A stretch of 64,000 bases of DNA from Marsupella aquatica (lineage: Eukaryota > Plantae > Marchantiophyta). Made by a program: the position numbers and the translations under genes. Of the stretch, positions 39,492-52,330 are shown in pieces. The notes beneath the pieces were generated by a model. The model was not told the DNA's origin. It worked only from the letters and a program-made list of their open reading frames with translations, and did no database searches. The stretch spans positions 3,454,490 to 3,518,489 of the forward strand of contig OZ316893.1 in assembly GCA_973895155.1 (NCBI GenBank), written 5' to 3'. The stretch's first letter is position 1; every line of letters starts with the position of its first letter.

Positions 39492-40144
39492 ATTTATTGA
39501 TCATAGTCATGGCTAGGCTCGTTTGGCCAATAGCTATTAGAGATGTTTTTTTCTTTTTCTTGTGTCTCGCATACTTTCATCATAGTATCACTCTGCACTA
39601 TTGGATCATCTTTCTCCACATCAATTTGCCATATTCTTGGCGGTTGTGAGATGGTCATTGCGGGTATTTGCACTATCTTGGACCTCCATCCTGATTGGAT
39701 TGTCCACCAGGTTGGTTTCTCTAACGCTTTCATTACAATTTCTCGGGCATCAATTTTTTGTGCTTTGAGGGTGGCAAATTAATCTAGACATCCAGTCTCT
39801 TATCCCCTTTGTCCATTGTTTCTTTATGGATTTGAGGGCTCCCTCTTCTATAGTCATCACACCTCTACTAGAGTGTATAACATTCTTTCTTCTATAGAAG
39901 GTACACGTCAAGGTGACCCTTTGGGTGGGCCTCTTTTCGCCATTGCCCATTTTACAGCTTTATGAGAAGCCTCCGCACCCCACCCCCAGTGTATCTTCCC
40001 CTCCCTTCTAGATGACATCCACATCATTGGTCCACCGGTCACGGTTACTTCTACCCTCGCCACCCTTTCCATCCATTTGATGGGCTTTGGTTTCTGGGTT
40101 CAGCCTGTGACGAGTTGTGCATGGAGTCTAGTTGGGTTACCCTC
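39492..40144 (+). mobile_element. CRE copy 2, RT fragment
   Basis: Collinear with 6060-6710 (GTRQGDPLGGP region). Confidence 0.9.
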
Positions 40145-40971
40145 TGTGGTGCGTCCCATGGCTCCCTAAACCCAAGATACCCCCTGCACAAGCCGATTTC
40201 CGCAGGTTTTTCTCTCGGCAAGGCCGGTTTCGTGGCTTAGCGGCATGGGACGCTGCTAACTCTACTAACATTTTACACACATATACTAGACAGATCCTTC
40301 ATTGGGTCATGAGATATGTAGTCGGCTTATTCTATGCCTTCCCTTGTTTTCCCTTTGTGGTCTTCCTTTAGGTATGTTTGGATTTCACCGCCGGAATGAT
40401 CCCCAACTGGCTTGGGTAAGCCGCTAAGACCTCTCTCAGCTCGACACATCCAACTCTTGGTTGATGTGGGCAATCTTCAAACAAGTTAATGCGACACACA
40501 AATAGCAAAAAGACTCTTTCTGACTGAGTTATACCATGCACTTGCCATACAAACAGTACTTCTCATACACAAGATCTCCGAACTAAGCCGTGAGGCCAAC
40601 TCTATTCATCTCTTAGGCATGAGGAAACATGAATATATACAAGGGTCACAGTATAACTAACCGAGAGCTTCTTTTACTACTTGATCCCAGCAGCCCTGCT
40701 GGTGCAATAAAAACTTGCTAAGAAAGAAGGCCCTGAACTCCCCGCAGCCCAGGTACTTATCCTGGCAGTGAATCTGCCTAATTCCTAACTGTACATAGGT
40801 AGATCCGCTGCAAGGAGTTATGTACCTCCTAATCTACCTAACTATAATCTACCTATGTACAACGAGGCAGGAGCACAAGTGTTGCTCTTACCAGTGGATC
40901 CACTGTCTGGGGGGGAAAATATGGTTCTTGAAGAAGCACCGGACCTATGACTGCTAGTGTCAAGAGAGAAC

Positions 40972-41704
40972 CTAAGTTAAGATCATGATTACTATTCTAG
41001 ATTGGGTAGCAGACACCACAAGAAATGGTTCTGTGGATGAAAGCACAACATCATAACCTTTTTCTCCATTCCTACGGACTATAATTGCCTCCTTGGCAGC
41101 TACCTTGGGTCGAGTTACAAAACGAATATCTCCCAACGAGAAAGAAACAGGAGGTTCATCGGAGGAAAGTTTGTTGAGATCCATCTCCATACAAGATAAA
41201 AATTGTGCAAGCCCAATCCCCATAAACTACATAAGGGTATACAATTGGCTCTATTGAATTTAACACCGCAGTTGCAAATGCTTCTCCAAAGTGAAAAGTC
41301 ATATGCTAACGCATTATCTCTTTTTGGAGTACATGAGTTCTAATAAGGAAGGGATTAGGGAGAGGAAGAACAGGTACTGGTCTGGGCATTATCGTAGTAT
41401 CAAATATTCCATCCAACTAATATTCATTCTAATGACAAGATATAGAATCATTTAACGGAAAGATCATTCATTTCAAACAAATACTATGCATTGAGTTAAC
41501 TCTAAGTATATACATGCAGATATTTATCTTAATAGGTTTATCTTCTTTTGAATGAAAATACTATCTGAAGTTCCAACACATACAAATTACCAGTGACTGA
41601 GTTAAACTCCAAGCCAGCGTGCATGCGTGGGTCTACTTCATAAGGATTTCACCCAAAAGAAGCATATGATGTCAAGGCATTGTTGAGCACTTTCCAACTC
41701 TTTA
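40972..41704 (-). pseudogene. Unknown protein remnant (paralog of 38880-39285)
   Basis: LPLPNPFLIRTH...HMTFHFG...EPIVYP...MDLN...LGDIR matches LPLRNPFLVRVH...HLTYHFG...EPIVYP...MDLN...LGDIR. Confidence 0.6.
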
Positions 41705-43699
41705 CACTAGTACATTTTACCTCCTTTTTCCGATTCTCTCCACATTGGATGTCTTTGTAAAACAAAATATGAAAAAACCATACATCCAATTCTTCCGGCA
41801 TCGTAACATGCCATGATAAAAGTATCGGATATCGACAATCGGACTTAAATCAGAAACTCCGATGCTGAAAGAATGGGAAAGTCCGATGCTAAGAGAATGG
41901 GAAAGTCCGATGCTAAGAGAATGGGAAAGTCCGATGTTGGGAAAATGGGAAAGTCCGATGCTGGGAGAATGGGACAGAGCAAAACAATGAAAATGGGATA
42001 CAAATTGGAGCGGACGTGGGGTGCTCAGGTCACCCATCTCTTCCTTTGTATATTTACTTTCATTTTGCAACCATGAGCGAGGTGCCCATCTCCTTTGACA
42101 TTTCAACTCTTCATTCCTCAACTAAGTGGTCACCCATCCCAATTGCTATTCCTCCAACATGAGCTTAACTTTGTGGTTCTTATCCCTCACAATGTACATG
42201 CAAGCTGAACACTTTTATTGTTTGACTTGGAGTATTTAGGGATTTTATACACTTCTAAATTTATTAAGACCCATAATTTGGACCTAAGTTGGGCAGAGTC
42301 GGGAGAGGCCAACAAGAAATATGCAACAATGCAGCCCCAGCCAAGCTAGAGGCAGCCAGGGTCAACGACAACACAGCCCGGGTCGGGGAAATGAGGACGC
42401 AACAATAGTGGCAAGGGTGGAGCAAAGACGCAGCCAATGCGCCTCGACTATGGTGATAGAGAAATGGAGGGGAGGAGAAATGGATTAGCCGACCCACCCC
42501 TCCGCAAACTATACTAAGGGTTCAAAATATAACCGTGAGGGAAGCGACGACCATCCAATGGGAAGACCAAAAGAAATCTTAACGACGGATCTTAGGTAGT
42601 TAACCTGAGTTACTTTTCTTAACCAATGACTCAAACGAGAGGCAGAGTGATAAATACAAGAAAAAAAGTGGCAATGTAGTGATTATGCCACAAAAGTGTG
42701 GCATTAGACTAATAAATCCTAGTTTTGCTCTATCATGATATTGCATGTTTGCATCGAGTGATCTATAATTACGATTACCCTCTTACATTCCCTTGGAGCA
42801 ATCAATAGAAATTTGGGGTCATTCGTGAATAGTAAAGCCCTCCTCCATCCAACTTGACATGAGATCATTATAGTTTATTAGTTATGGAAGATTAATATTT
42901 TGGTCCTTCCAAAGCCTTGGCGTCAAGGGCAGCTCCCGATTGTCTCATCTTTCATCAACTATGTTGTTGTTGGACTTGCAACAAAGACTACATGGGACAA
43001 GCAATCTCCTTTTAGATGATAAATTTTGATTTTGCATGTTGAGCAAATATTGCCAAAAGAGAACAATATTTTGGGGTCTTGGAAGGAGGCAAGAACAACA
43101 TTCAATTAAGTCCATTTGCCTCAAGTATGAAGTCATTCAAACATGCAAGAATGATTGTATCCTCTTTTCTAGGAAGAGTATATCGGTGCAACTACATGCC
43201 CCATCTAACACAATAGGAATTTGTCGTTTTGCCAAAATGATTTCTCATTCTCCCAGCATCGGACTTTCCCATTCTACTAGCATTGGACTTTCCCATTCTC
43301 CTAGCATCAGACTTTCCCATTCTCTCAGCATCGGACTTTTCCATTCTCTCAACATTGGACTTTGCCATTTTACCACAATCGGATATAATATTCGTTCTTA
43401 TCAACTACAAAACTTTTCCGATCAATATTGGAACGCACATCATTTCCGTTACAAAAAACATTGGACATATCAATCAAATTTTTTGTTAGGGGATCCGATG
43501 TATTTTGTAACGGATATGATCCATTTTTTACCGCATCGGAAAGGTTCCGTTGTTAATTACATCGGAAATAAAGATATCCAAAGCCGAGAGTATGGCATAT
43601 TGCCATTTTGTGATAATGAGAATTTCCGATTCTAAAAGAATCGGACGCCGATTATTTGCAAAAATTGAGCATCGGAAATCAGCTAAATTTGTACTAGTG
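41705..43699. mobile_element. Non-autonomous CACTA (En/Spm) element, 1995 bp
   Basis: TIR CACTAGTACA/TGTACTAGTG; 3-bp TSD TTA; inverted arrays of 24-bp GAATGGGAAAGTCCGATGCT repeats at 41850-41975 and 43240-43370. Confidence 0.93.
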
Positions 43700-43893
43700 T
43701 TAGAACTTAATAACCATCTCCTATCAAATGATAACACTTTCTGAAGGTCCAACTCATACAAAATATCCCTGGCCGAGCCGAAGCTCTAAGCAAGAGTACA
43801 TGAGTGGGTCTACTTGATAAGGATTTCACCCAAAAGGAGCATATGATGTCATTCAAGGCATTGTTGAGCACTTTCTAACTCTTTAGAACTTAA

Positions 43894-45255
43894 ACCTAAA
43901 ATGCGCTCACAAAAGTGCATGGTCAAAACAAATAGAGGGGGTCCGGAGGGACCCATCCGGCCATGAACATCCTAGGCAGCTTGTCAAAGAAGCCCATCAA
44001 ATTGATGATGAAGATGCCCAAATATCTCAAGAGCAAGAGGGCGGAAGCTATCAAATGAAGCTTGAGTGCAACATATTTGGCCTCCTTCGTTGTGGCCGCT
44101 CATGATGCTGCTGCCCCTACTGTTGTTGTCACTGTCCCAATGATGTTTTGGCGCAACGGGTTTGCCACCACTACATTTGCCAAAGTATGTTGACCCTCAC
44201 GGACCATTGTAAGATCCACCCGTAACCACTATGATGGAGGACCAGGTAACTCAAGCACCACCTCCCGCTGTATGCATACCAAAGAGCCAGAGAGAACCTG
44301 AGCAGTCGCATCTCTCACAATGTCGTGAACAATAATGGTTTCACCTCTCAAACTGCACCAATTGAAAGAAGATGGACACCTGACTGTGGCATCACAAGAC
44401 TTCCTGCAAGTGCAAGAAGTGGGTGGGGTAGCCCTATACAAAGACGCAAGGTTGTTGAGAACTCCGCTGAAGACATCCGCTGATAGGAATGACTAGATTG
44501 GCCTGAAGCCATTCTCCTGCGCCCTTCCCTCCGGAAGAAAGAATCAGAGCTTGGTCTATGTCAGGTGATTTGGAGAGAATGTTGGAGAGGGTGAAAGAGT
44601 GCATGCGCCCAACAAGGTTTGACTGAAGACGGACGGGTCCAAGGATAAAACTCCTTAAATTAAGGTAATGTAGAGCGGACAAGATCTGGTAATGATGATC
44701 GTGCTGCGCGCAATTGAACCTAAAATTGGGCCTGAAATGCAAGAGAACCATCCTCTACCTCCATGAGTCAGAGACAAAAGTAAAAAAGGTCAATCCTCAA
44801 TAAGGAAATGATCGACCAACAATGAGAAGGTGGGTCACCCACGCACCCAAGGTGCAAGGCGCTCAATGGAAGCAAGCCCAAACCCACCTTGAGAAATAGG
44901 AAGACTGAGCTATCGATGAAGTCACGGAGATGAGAGCAACGTACCCGGCCCTAGAAGAGAGGCCAAAGTCTCACAAATGGAGGCATCAAACGCTCAAAGG
45001 TGGAGAGAAAGTATCCTTGGTAGGGGAATGCGTCCTAGCCAAATAAGACGCGTAAGGGTGGATGCATCTCAACAATGTCCCAAATGCTGCATGAGAATCT
45101 GCTAACTTAGGGAGCATAGGAGTAGGGGCTAAGGCAGCCTGTAGAGCATGAGCAATGAAAGATGAGCGAAAGGAGACGGTATCAACTGGGGAGCCTAGGA
45201 CCAGAAGACCATCGGCTGGACGTAAGAGCCCAGGAGGAAGCACAAGATCAAAGGG
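43894..45255 (-). mobile_element. CRE copy 2, 3' coding fragment, inverted
   Basis: rc is collinear with 6706-8050 (LRPADGL, GKGAG, HDIVRDATAQVLSG). Confidence 0.9.
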
Positions 45256-45637
45256 TGTGATGCCTAGCCTGGAATCACTAGGCCAGTTTAAATGGTAAAA
45301 ATCAGGAGTGTATCCTGGAAACATATTAGTATAGTAACAAAAAACAAGAAAAATATAAACAATCGAGGGTAACTATGGAACCCGAGCCGAGGCCGAAAGT
45401 AAGGACGACGGGGGAGAGAACACGATTAGGGTTTGGGCGCGCTAAGTACCGGCGGCTATGGGTAACTAACGGGAAGGAAGACCAGGCAGGAGGGGGTAAG
45501 GATCGATCGCAAGGAATGGAGGCTCATTTGCAAGCACAAACTAAGCAGACGACTACGTGACTTAGCCAACTACTGTTAGCTGCTTAGGCAAGCACTTGGG
45601 GCGGGAGCAGATACCGACTATCAATTCAAAGAAGGGT

Positions 45638-48600
45638 ATGAGTAACGTCAATCAAGCTGCTCATTTTTGGGGATGCCTGTTAGAATGGGCAACTGAGTAC
45701 ATTGGGACCTACAAGGACGAAGAATCAAAGAGAGCCGCTTGAGAACGGCAGGAGCTCGCTTGACTGTGGGAGCTGCAGAAGTCTACCTTCTTAGGAGGAG
45801 AACTCATCACGGCTGAATTCTTGTGGACACCTACTAGCGACAAACTCGACAACCTTATGTTTTGTGAGAACAGAATAGTCGGCATCCGAGAAGCCATCAA
45901 CCACTACAACGACATACACTTGGAGCTGAAGGGTAGCACGGAGGGGTGGACGAAGGCAACCATCCTCGAAGAAACATCCACGGCAGCAGCTATGAAGAGG
46001 AAAGGGAACGCCAACAAAGAGACCACCCCTGCAAAGAGAACAAGGTTGGCGGCACCTAGGAAGCCAGCCGAGCAGGGAAGCAGGAGGCAGGGAGAAGCCA
46101 AAGAGGAGAAGATTGACCCCATCAATGTTGTTCCAACAAGGGATGACACCTGGAAAGGCTGGACGGCGACCCTCCCCGAGGAAGTGCAATTACACTTTGC
46201 ACGAGAAGAGGATGCATGCTTTACGGCTATGTAGACTCGGAAGTACCAGGGCTTCATGGTCGGATCCGACTTGGAAGCCTTTGTGAAATTACCATGGCTG
46301 AAGCCGGAGGTGCCGGATTCAGACTTATTAGAATTTGTGGGATCTTGGGAGCCCGAGACCAATTCCACAAGGGTGTATGGGAAGGATTTCCATCTCACTC
46401 CCCGGGTGATTGCCAAAGTGTTTGGCTTGCCGATGGGCAATACGACCAAAGTAGATACCCGGAAGACCTTGCTAGCTAGACAAGGAGTTCTGGTTGTTTC
46501 CAGGGCCATCAACAAAGAATGGCTTCTTTCGAAACACCTGCACCAACCCGCACATCGGAGAAATGATTGATTTCTTGCGAGTCACCATGCACTGAAACTT
46601 GCCAAGGGCAGAGACCGGCAAGGCACAGGTCTACCTGGCGGAGAGGCCAGACCCAAGCCGGGACTATAACAATTCATGAAGGAAAACCCCTTTACTGGAG
46701 CCAAGAAAAGAAGGAGGCTGGAACACGAGCTGGGGGTTCGAATGTATGTAGGAGCCTCAAGTCCCAAAGCCTAGGGAAAGCAGCCTAAAGCTCCTGTTTG
46801 TGGTAAGTGGAAGGAGAAGATAGCCTGGAAGCCGGAGGAGGAACTAGGACCTGTGAGCTATGATCGGCAGGAAGCCGTGTTCACAGCAACACCAGGAGAG
46901 CAGCGAGGGGAGTCGTTAGTCCAAGTTGGGGAGGAGGTGGTGGAGGACTACGGCAATGATGACTCCGGCTATGGGTCGGACCATCATGTCCCAGGAATAA
47001 GGACCTGTGGCCACTTCATCCCCACGCTTCCAAGAGTAGTTCGAGGGGACCCCACCCAGCAGAGCAGCCCCGAGTCTCCCCCACCAGATGTCGCTCCCCC
47101 GAGCTTTGACGGAATAAAGCAAACGGCATAGGAGTTTTAGAAGCAACTCAGGGAAGAAGAGGAGGCAACCCTGGCTAGGGAGAAGGATTTACCTGGGGGA
47201 GAATAGCCAGAGGACATCTGGCGGCTTGCAGAAAGATGGGGCAGCCCTCCAACCACGATAGAAGAAATATGGAAGGCAGCTTGGGAACAAAGGCCGTAGT
47301 GGTTGATGCCGATAACTTCTACTCACTCCACCTATGCTAAAGAAAGAGCCATGGAGTATGGGGAGATGTGTGGGGAACTTGCACTCAGCATCTTTGGGGA
47401 GGAGTTGGAGCAGGGACCTTTTTTCCAGAGGGAGATGTTGGAGAAACACCGATTGGAAGAAGCAGTGGCTTTGGAGAGAAGAAAGAAGGACGAGGTCATC
47501 CGACGGCTTAGAGAGAAGGTAGCCAAGGCAGAAGACCTGAAGGCGGCCAAGAAAGCCCAAGATGAGCTGTGAATTAAGCGGCATGAGCTAAATATCATGC
47601 AGGGGAAATTGGATACCGCTCAGTCTGATAATCAGATTATCAAGGATAAACTGACTCGGACCCAGGGGGAGTTGGCCGATGCGTTCAAGGAAAGGGAGAA
47701 GTGGAAGCGGGAGCTGAGGGACGCAGAGGAGGCCCACATAGCAGTCAACAATCGGGCCATTGCGGAGACTCAGAGAAGGGAAAGGGCGTTGAAGAGGGAA
47801 CTCAAGGATATCCGCAGAGCCCTTGAGCAAAAGAAGGCCGAGTTAGGGAAATCCTATCAAGGGATTATTGCGCTGCAGCAGGAGCTTGCATCCCTGACGG
47901 CCAGCTTCAAGGCCGACCTGCGTGAGAAAGACGACCAACTCGATTAGACTTATGCCAAGATGAATAAAATGGAGTCTGAGGTCATAGTGGAGCTCGACAA
48001 AGAGCTAAGAGCAACCCAGGAGGAGAGGGCTACCTTAAAGAAGGAATTGGAGGAAGCCCCAAAGGAGCTGGAGGCACGCAAGGACCTGGACAAAGTGCAG
48101 GAGGAGTTGGAGGAAAGCACAAGGAAGATGGAGAACTTACAGCGGCGAGCCGACAACCAAACGGAGCGACTGAAGAAACAAGCCGCAGTATTTTTAGAAG
48201 TGCTTGGCTTCATCAGGTCCAACTCCAATTGGGGCAACCAAGTTGCCAGGAGTAGTACTGGCCAAAGGTCAAGCCACAACACTCGCACCAGTGCCGGAGA
48301 GAAGTGGCAAGGGGAAGGGACCAGCTGCCGAAACAGGGAAGAAGAAGAAGCGGAAACCTTCTGGGTCAGGGAGTGATGCGGCTTCTCAAGCCATCGTGAC
48401 CAAGGAGGTAAATCCGGCACCAACCTCAGGCAGGGTCATGGTAGAGGATCCAACTGCCCTAGAAGGCGGGGATGGCAGAGCCGAGGCCAGGACACTCAGT
48501 GATGAAGCCGGGGTACCGGATCCACCACTAGAGCATGTCCGGGAGGCCATAGCCGATCATGCTGAGACCGAAGCCGAGGGTGGGCCGAGTCAGGCCGATG

Positions 48601-48710
48601 GAGAGTTGACTCGGTCCGGGGCAGATAATCTGTCAGAGGACGGACCTACGGCAGTGGCTGTAGAGGAAGCATTGGAGGCGTCCATTGAGGACCAGCCACC
48701 GCTACCATGA
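45638..48710 (+). pseudogene. Retroelement accessory ORF: plant-transposon-protein-like domain plus long coiled coil, degenerate
   Basis: LLEFVGSW..TRVYGKDFHLTPRVIAKVFGLP resembles accessory ORFs of Athila/Tat-type elements; E/K-rich heptads at 47300-48200; many stops. Confidence 0.6.
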
Positions 48711-49570
48711 CGATGGTGGAGGGCCGCTCCTTTTAAGGAGGGCGGACGTGGAGGGAGGAGGCATGAGTGGGCAGGATGGGCTCAGATCTCCAAGTTTAGA
48801 ATTAGGATTAGGACCAAGAGGCGGCCTTGACACTTAGATTAGTGGGATTGCGATATCGTGGGGATTCTTTGTTTAGTAAGTTCCTCCTAAGTATAGCTTA
48901 GTAATATAGGATAGTAGTTTGAATTCTCGCATTATATACAGTCTACAGTGTACATGCTACAGTGTATGATCTACAGTATGCATGCTATAGTGTACGATCT
49001 ACAGTGTACTGCATACAGTTGCTCCACTCACGTAACTACAGTACTAGCACACTTACTTGCCTTGGATGTGTGACACATGGCTTCCATCCGTGTGCCATGC
49101 TTGATTCGTGTGCTTGAGGTGTGAGCACTATAAATAAAGAGGAGATGGGCTCTCTCCCCTCACTCCCCATTTTGCATCAACTAAGTTGTGAAGCCTTAAG
49201 AATCCATTAAACTTGATGATCTCTTCTATGAATATAACCCTTATGAAATAGACCCACTCATGCACTCTTGCTTAGAGCTTCGGCTCAGCTAGGGATATTT
49301 TGTATGAATTAGATCTTCAGAAAGTGTTATCATTTGATAGGAGATAGTTATTAAACTACAACTTCCCCTATATAAGGGGAAGTATCCAAGACTTCCCTTT
49401 TTTTCAACATTTCAATCACTATTTTCCTCTACCATGCCAGTTTGCTCCACAATTTCAGGAAAAATCTCCTTTTAATGGTAACTACGGGTAACCGGTAGCC
49501 TTTGAAGAGCAATTTACTTTAACTAGTATAGAGTTGCTTGCATTATTCCCATAATACAATCAAGGGAGAG

Positions 49571-49697
49571 TGTTAGAATACCATAGTTAAGTCACTAGGG
49601 TTACTTATCTAGCCCTAGTTAGGAACCTTGTAACCCTTCATACCATATATATACATCCTAGGGAGAAATTGGATTCAGTTGAGTCTATCATGTAACA
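49571..49697 (+). mobile_element. Short 3' LTR preceded by a PPT (truncated LTR element)
   Basis: AAGGGAGAG|TGTTAG...TGTAACA. Confidence 0.55.
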
Positions 49698-49840
49698 TTT
49701 CTTGGTTTTTAGGGGTTCCCTATTGCCCACTTCTTTTGCTTTTAGTTTTGTACACTTTGGACCCTCTTTTCTTTATTCTTTTGTTTATTCTTTTGTACTC
49801 TTTTTGTTAATTTTCTGTAAAACATTTGTATATTATTATT
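49698..49840 (+). mobile_element. CRE copy 2 3' UTR with short ATT tail
   Basis: TTTCTTGGTTTTTAGGGGTTCCCTATTGC matches 8260-8288; ends TATTATTATT. Confidence 0.75.
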
Positions 49841-50699
49841 CTTCCTAGGAGGGAAAACGAACTGCTTCGTATTATTAACAGTAGGCTTGTAGATCATCGA
49901 ACGAGTAAGTTGTTGGTACTACAGTAGCTTGCGGCATTTGATTTCATCATGGTTGACTTTCCTTACCCCTGACATTGAACCACATACCATGAGTAAAATC
50001 CGTTATAGTTTACTTTCCGAACCCTGACATTAAACCAGTAAAATAACAGAAAAAGGCACGCAGCTCTGCTTTTGCTGCATGACCCTTGCAATCATTTCCT
50101 TCCAAGCGGCGTTGAACAGATCAGCAAGGAGGAAAGAAGGGAATGTGATTTTTCTTCTAGGTAGTTCCTGAATAGTTTGTATGGAAGATTATTTAAAAAT
50201 GTTGCCGAATTGCAGATCTTAAAGCCGCAACAGTTGATCGCCCCTAACTGCTCTTACTTTGTGGCGCTAAAATAACTTGGAGATGTTCAACAGAAAGAAC
50301 ATCTCCTATTATCCTGCCCCATGGAAGCGCCGTTTCCTTGGAGACGGCGACAGTGCTTGTGATGCATGACTCTCTACGGCACCCGTCTAGTTCGCTGAAT
50401 TGAAGGAAAGCTCAGCCCACATACGTATCCAAAAATTGCAGAATGCTGCATTCAAACACGGTTTCATCTTTGACTTCGCGAAATCAGAATGAAATGTATA
50501 ATTTCCTGCAGCCATGGTGTTTTAGAGAGCTTACAACCTATGTAGCGGTTTGAATTCGCCAGAACCCCAAGGTCATCTGGAGACTTAATATCAGGAGTTG
50601 ATGCTGAAACTTGTAGATGTCTTGTGCTTGTTCGATCGTGCCCTTGGAACCTAGCCTTCTTACCAGTGGTTTCTCTTACGCTCTCAATCTATCTCCATT

Positions 50700-52330
50700 G
50701 ACCTTAGGAATTGATGTACTTTTGGACAAAGATGATCCTCCTGGCAGCCAAATAACGACGCAGGCGTATGCAATGGAGACGTTTCCATCTGCTCAACCGA
50801 TGAGTTTGAATCGAGAGATTGTGAACGATGTGCAAAGCTTTCATTTATTTTAGACGTGCTCCAGCGAGTGAAGCGAATGAGGAGTGGTTTGGGGCTCTGG
50901 GCCTTATTAGCCAGCTTTCAACTCCGCTGTCTACGCGGCTCAGTGTAAAGCATCACGTGTCTTTCATTAAGAGGCTTGCCCTTTACGTAGACAACATACT
51001 TCTCACATAATGCCTGGCTGCGCAAAAAGACACGGTCACATCAATGCTGAACGAATAGTTTGAGCTCACCTTACGAAAAGACGGCAGCCTTTCTAGTTCT
51101 CCACAAGCCACAGGAGTTCCCTTGACTCTTACGATATTGCTAACTAAGAGATATGTTTTTGCTGACAAAGCTATATTTCATATTTGTCTTTGGTCCCACT
51201 ATGATTTTCAAAAGAGACAAGGTCTTACTAACTGAACTGACTTTACTGCATGGCAAAAGCTTTCGTGTTCAATACTGGATTTCCGTGAGAACAGCCAAGT
51301 ACCTGTACTTCTGAACGCTTACTAGGGCCTTCAAGAAAATAGTGGTGACAACGACGGGCATAGCTACAGACAGGTCCTGCAGAAACGCTGAAGTTACTGA
51401 AAGATTTATTATGCCTGCGGTGAACTAACCCATTTAACCAAGATTCCTAGATCATTCTTAACAACTGGTTACAAGGGAGGCAGGCACATTGCAAATCTGT
51501 TTTAGATTTGGTGATTGTCGACAGCAACGACAAAGTCACTCTCGACCAAAAACGTAGATCAGTCACCAACACCAATTGAAAGGTTCTTAATTGTTTGTTC
51601 AGATATTATTTTCCAAGTCCCGCATTTGTTACCAACATAAGCTAGAACTGGCAATGCCAACGTTGACACCAGAGCCTTCACGAAACTTAGAGTCCTTTTG
51701 CTCAAGAATTCTCCGGATTGTTGATACAGGCTCAGATAGTCACCATAGAGCAGAAACATATTAGGTTGATGCTCTCCAACCCACCCTCGGGCAGTGTGCC
51801 GATCAGGCGCGAAAAGCATTATCAATCCGTTCGTTTTGAGATAGACCTTCGTGGGATCTTCAGGAGCCTTGTCCACCAAACGAGACGGTTAGACTTTTCA
51901 AATACAACAAATTCATGTCGTCCAGGTACGTGGTAGCCCTGCAAGAAGAGAGAAGAACTGAAGGACAGCACAGGAGAGGAGAGGAGAAAACCATTGTGCT
52001 CTACATCTACTGTTAAAACGTTTCCATACATCCTGGACTCTCGAATTCACCCATAACCAAAGGACTGCGGATGATAAAATCTAGAGGTCACAACAAATCG
52101 TAGCGAACTTGTCATACCCTGCCGGTGTTGCAGCCTAACCCAGCCCGATTCAAGAGTGACCCGTTCACCCGCTCAAACATATCAAACAATGAGATGACTG
52201 TCGTTTCGAGCTAACCATGGATGAACAAAACTAGCAGGTACACTATTGCATCTCCAACCTTCATAATTCAGCAGTGCATAATGCCACTTCTGAAACAGCC
52301 TGCTTCCCATCAGAGCTTTGCTGAGACTCA
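50700..52330 (-). pseudogene. Putative multi-exon host gene or pseudogene, possibly with a PH-like domain
   Basis: Short segments bounded by AG/GT: GSRLFQKWHYALLNYE, GYHVPGRHEFVVFEKSNRL/VDKAPEDPTKVYLKTNGLIMLFAPDRHTARGWV, DLSVAMPVVV..; an apparent frameshift and stop. Confidence 0.3.

Larger units (their letters stand above)
40145..43893 (-). mobile_element. One half of a TG..CA element (LTR-like); the other half is at 45256-49350
   Basis: Starts TGTGGTGC right after CCCTC in the CRE; the partner end TGTGATGC (45256) follows rc CCCTT. Confidence 0.6.

Noticed and set aside
41717-43635. SIGLSHS / MGKSDA repeat proteins
   Set aside because: Artefacts of the 24-bp CACTA subterminal repeats.
45256-48831. 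Stand-alone TG..CA element ending at GGCCTTGACA
   Set aside because: Flanks AAGGG and CTTAG give no TSD; pairing 45256 with 40145 does.
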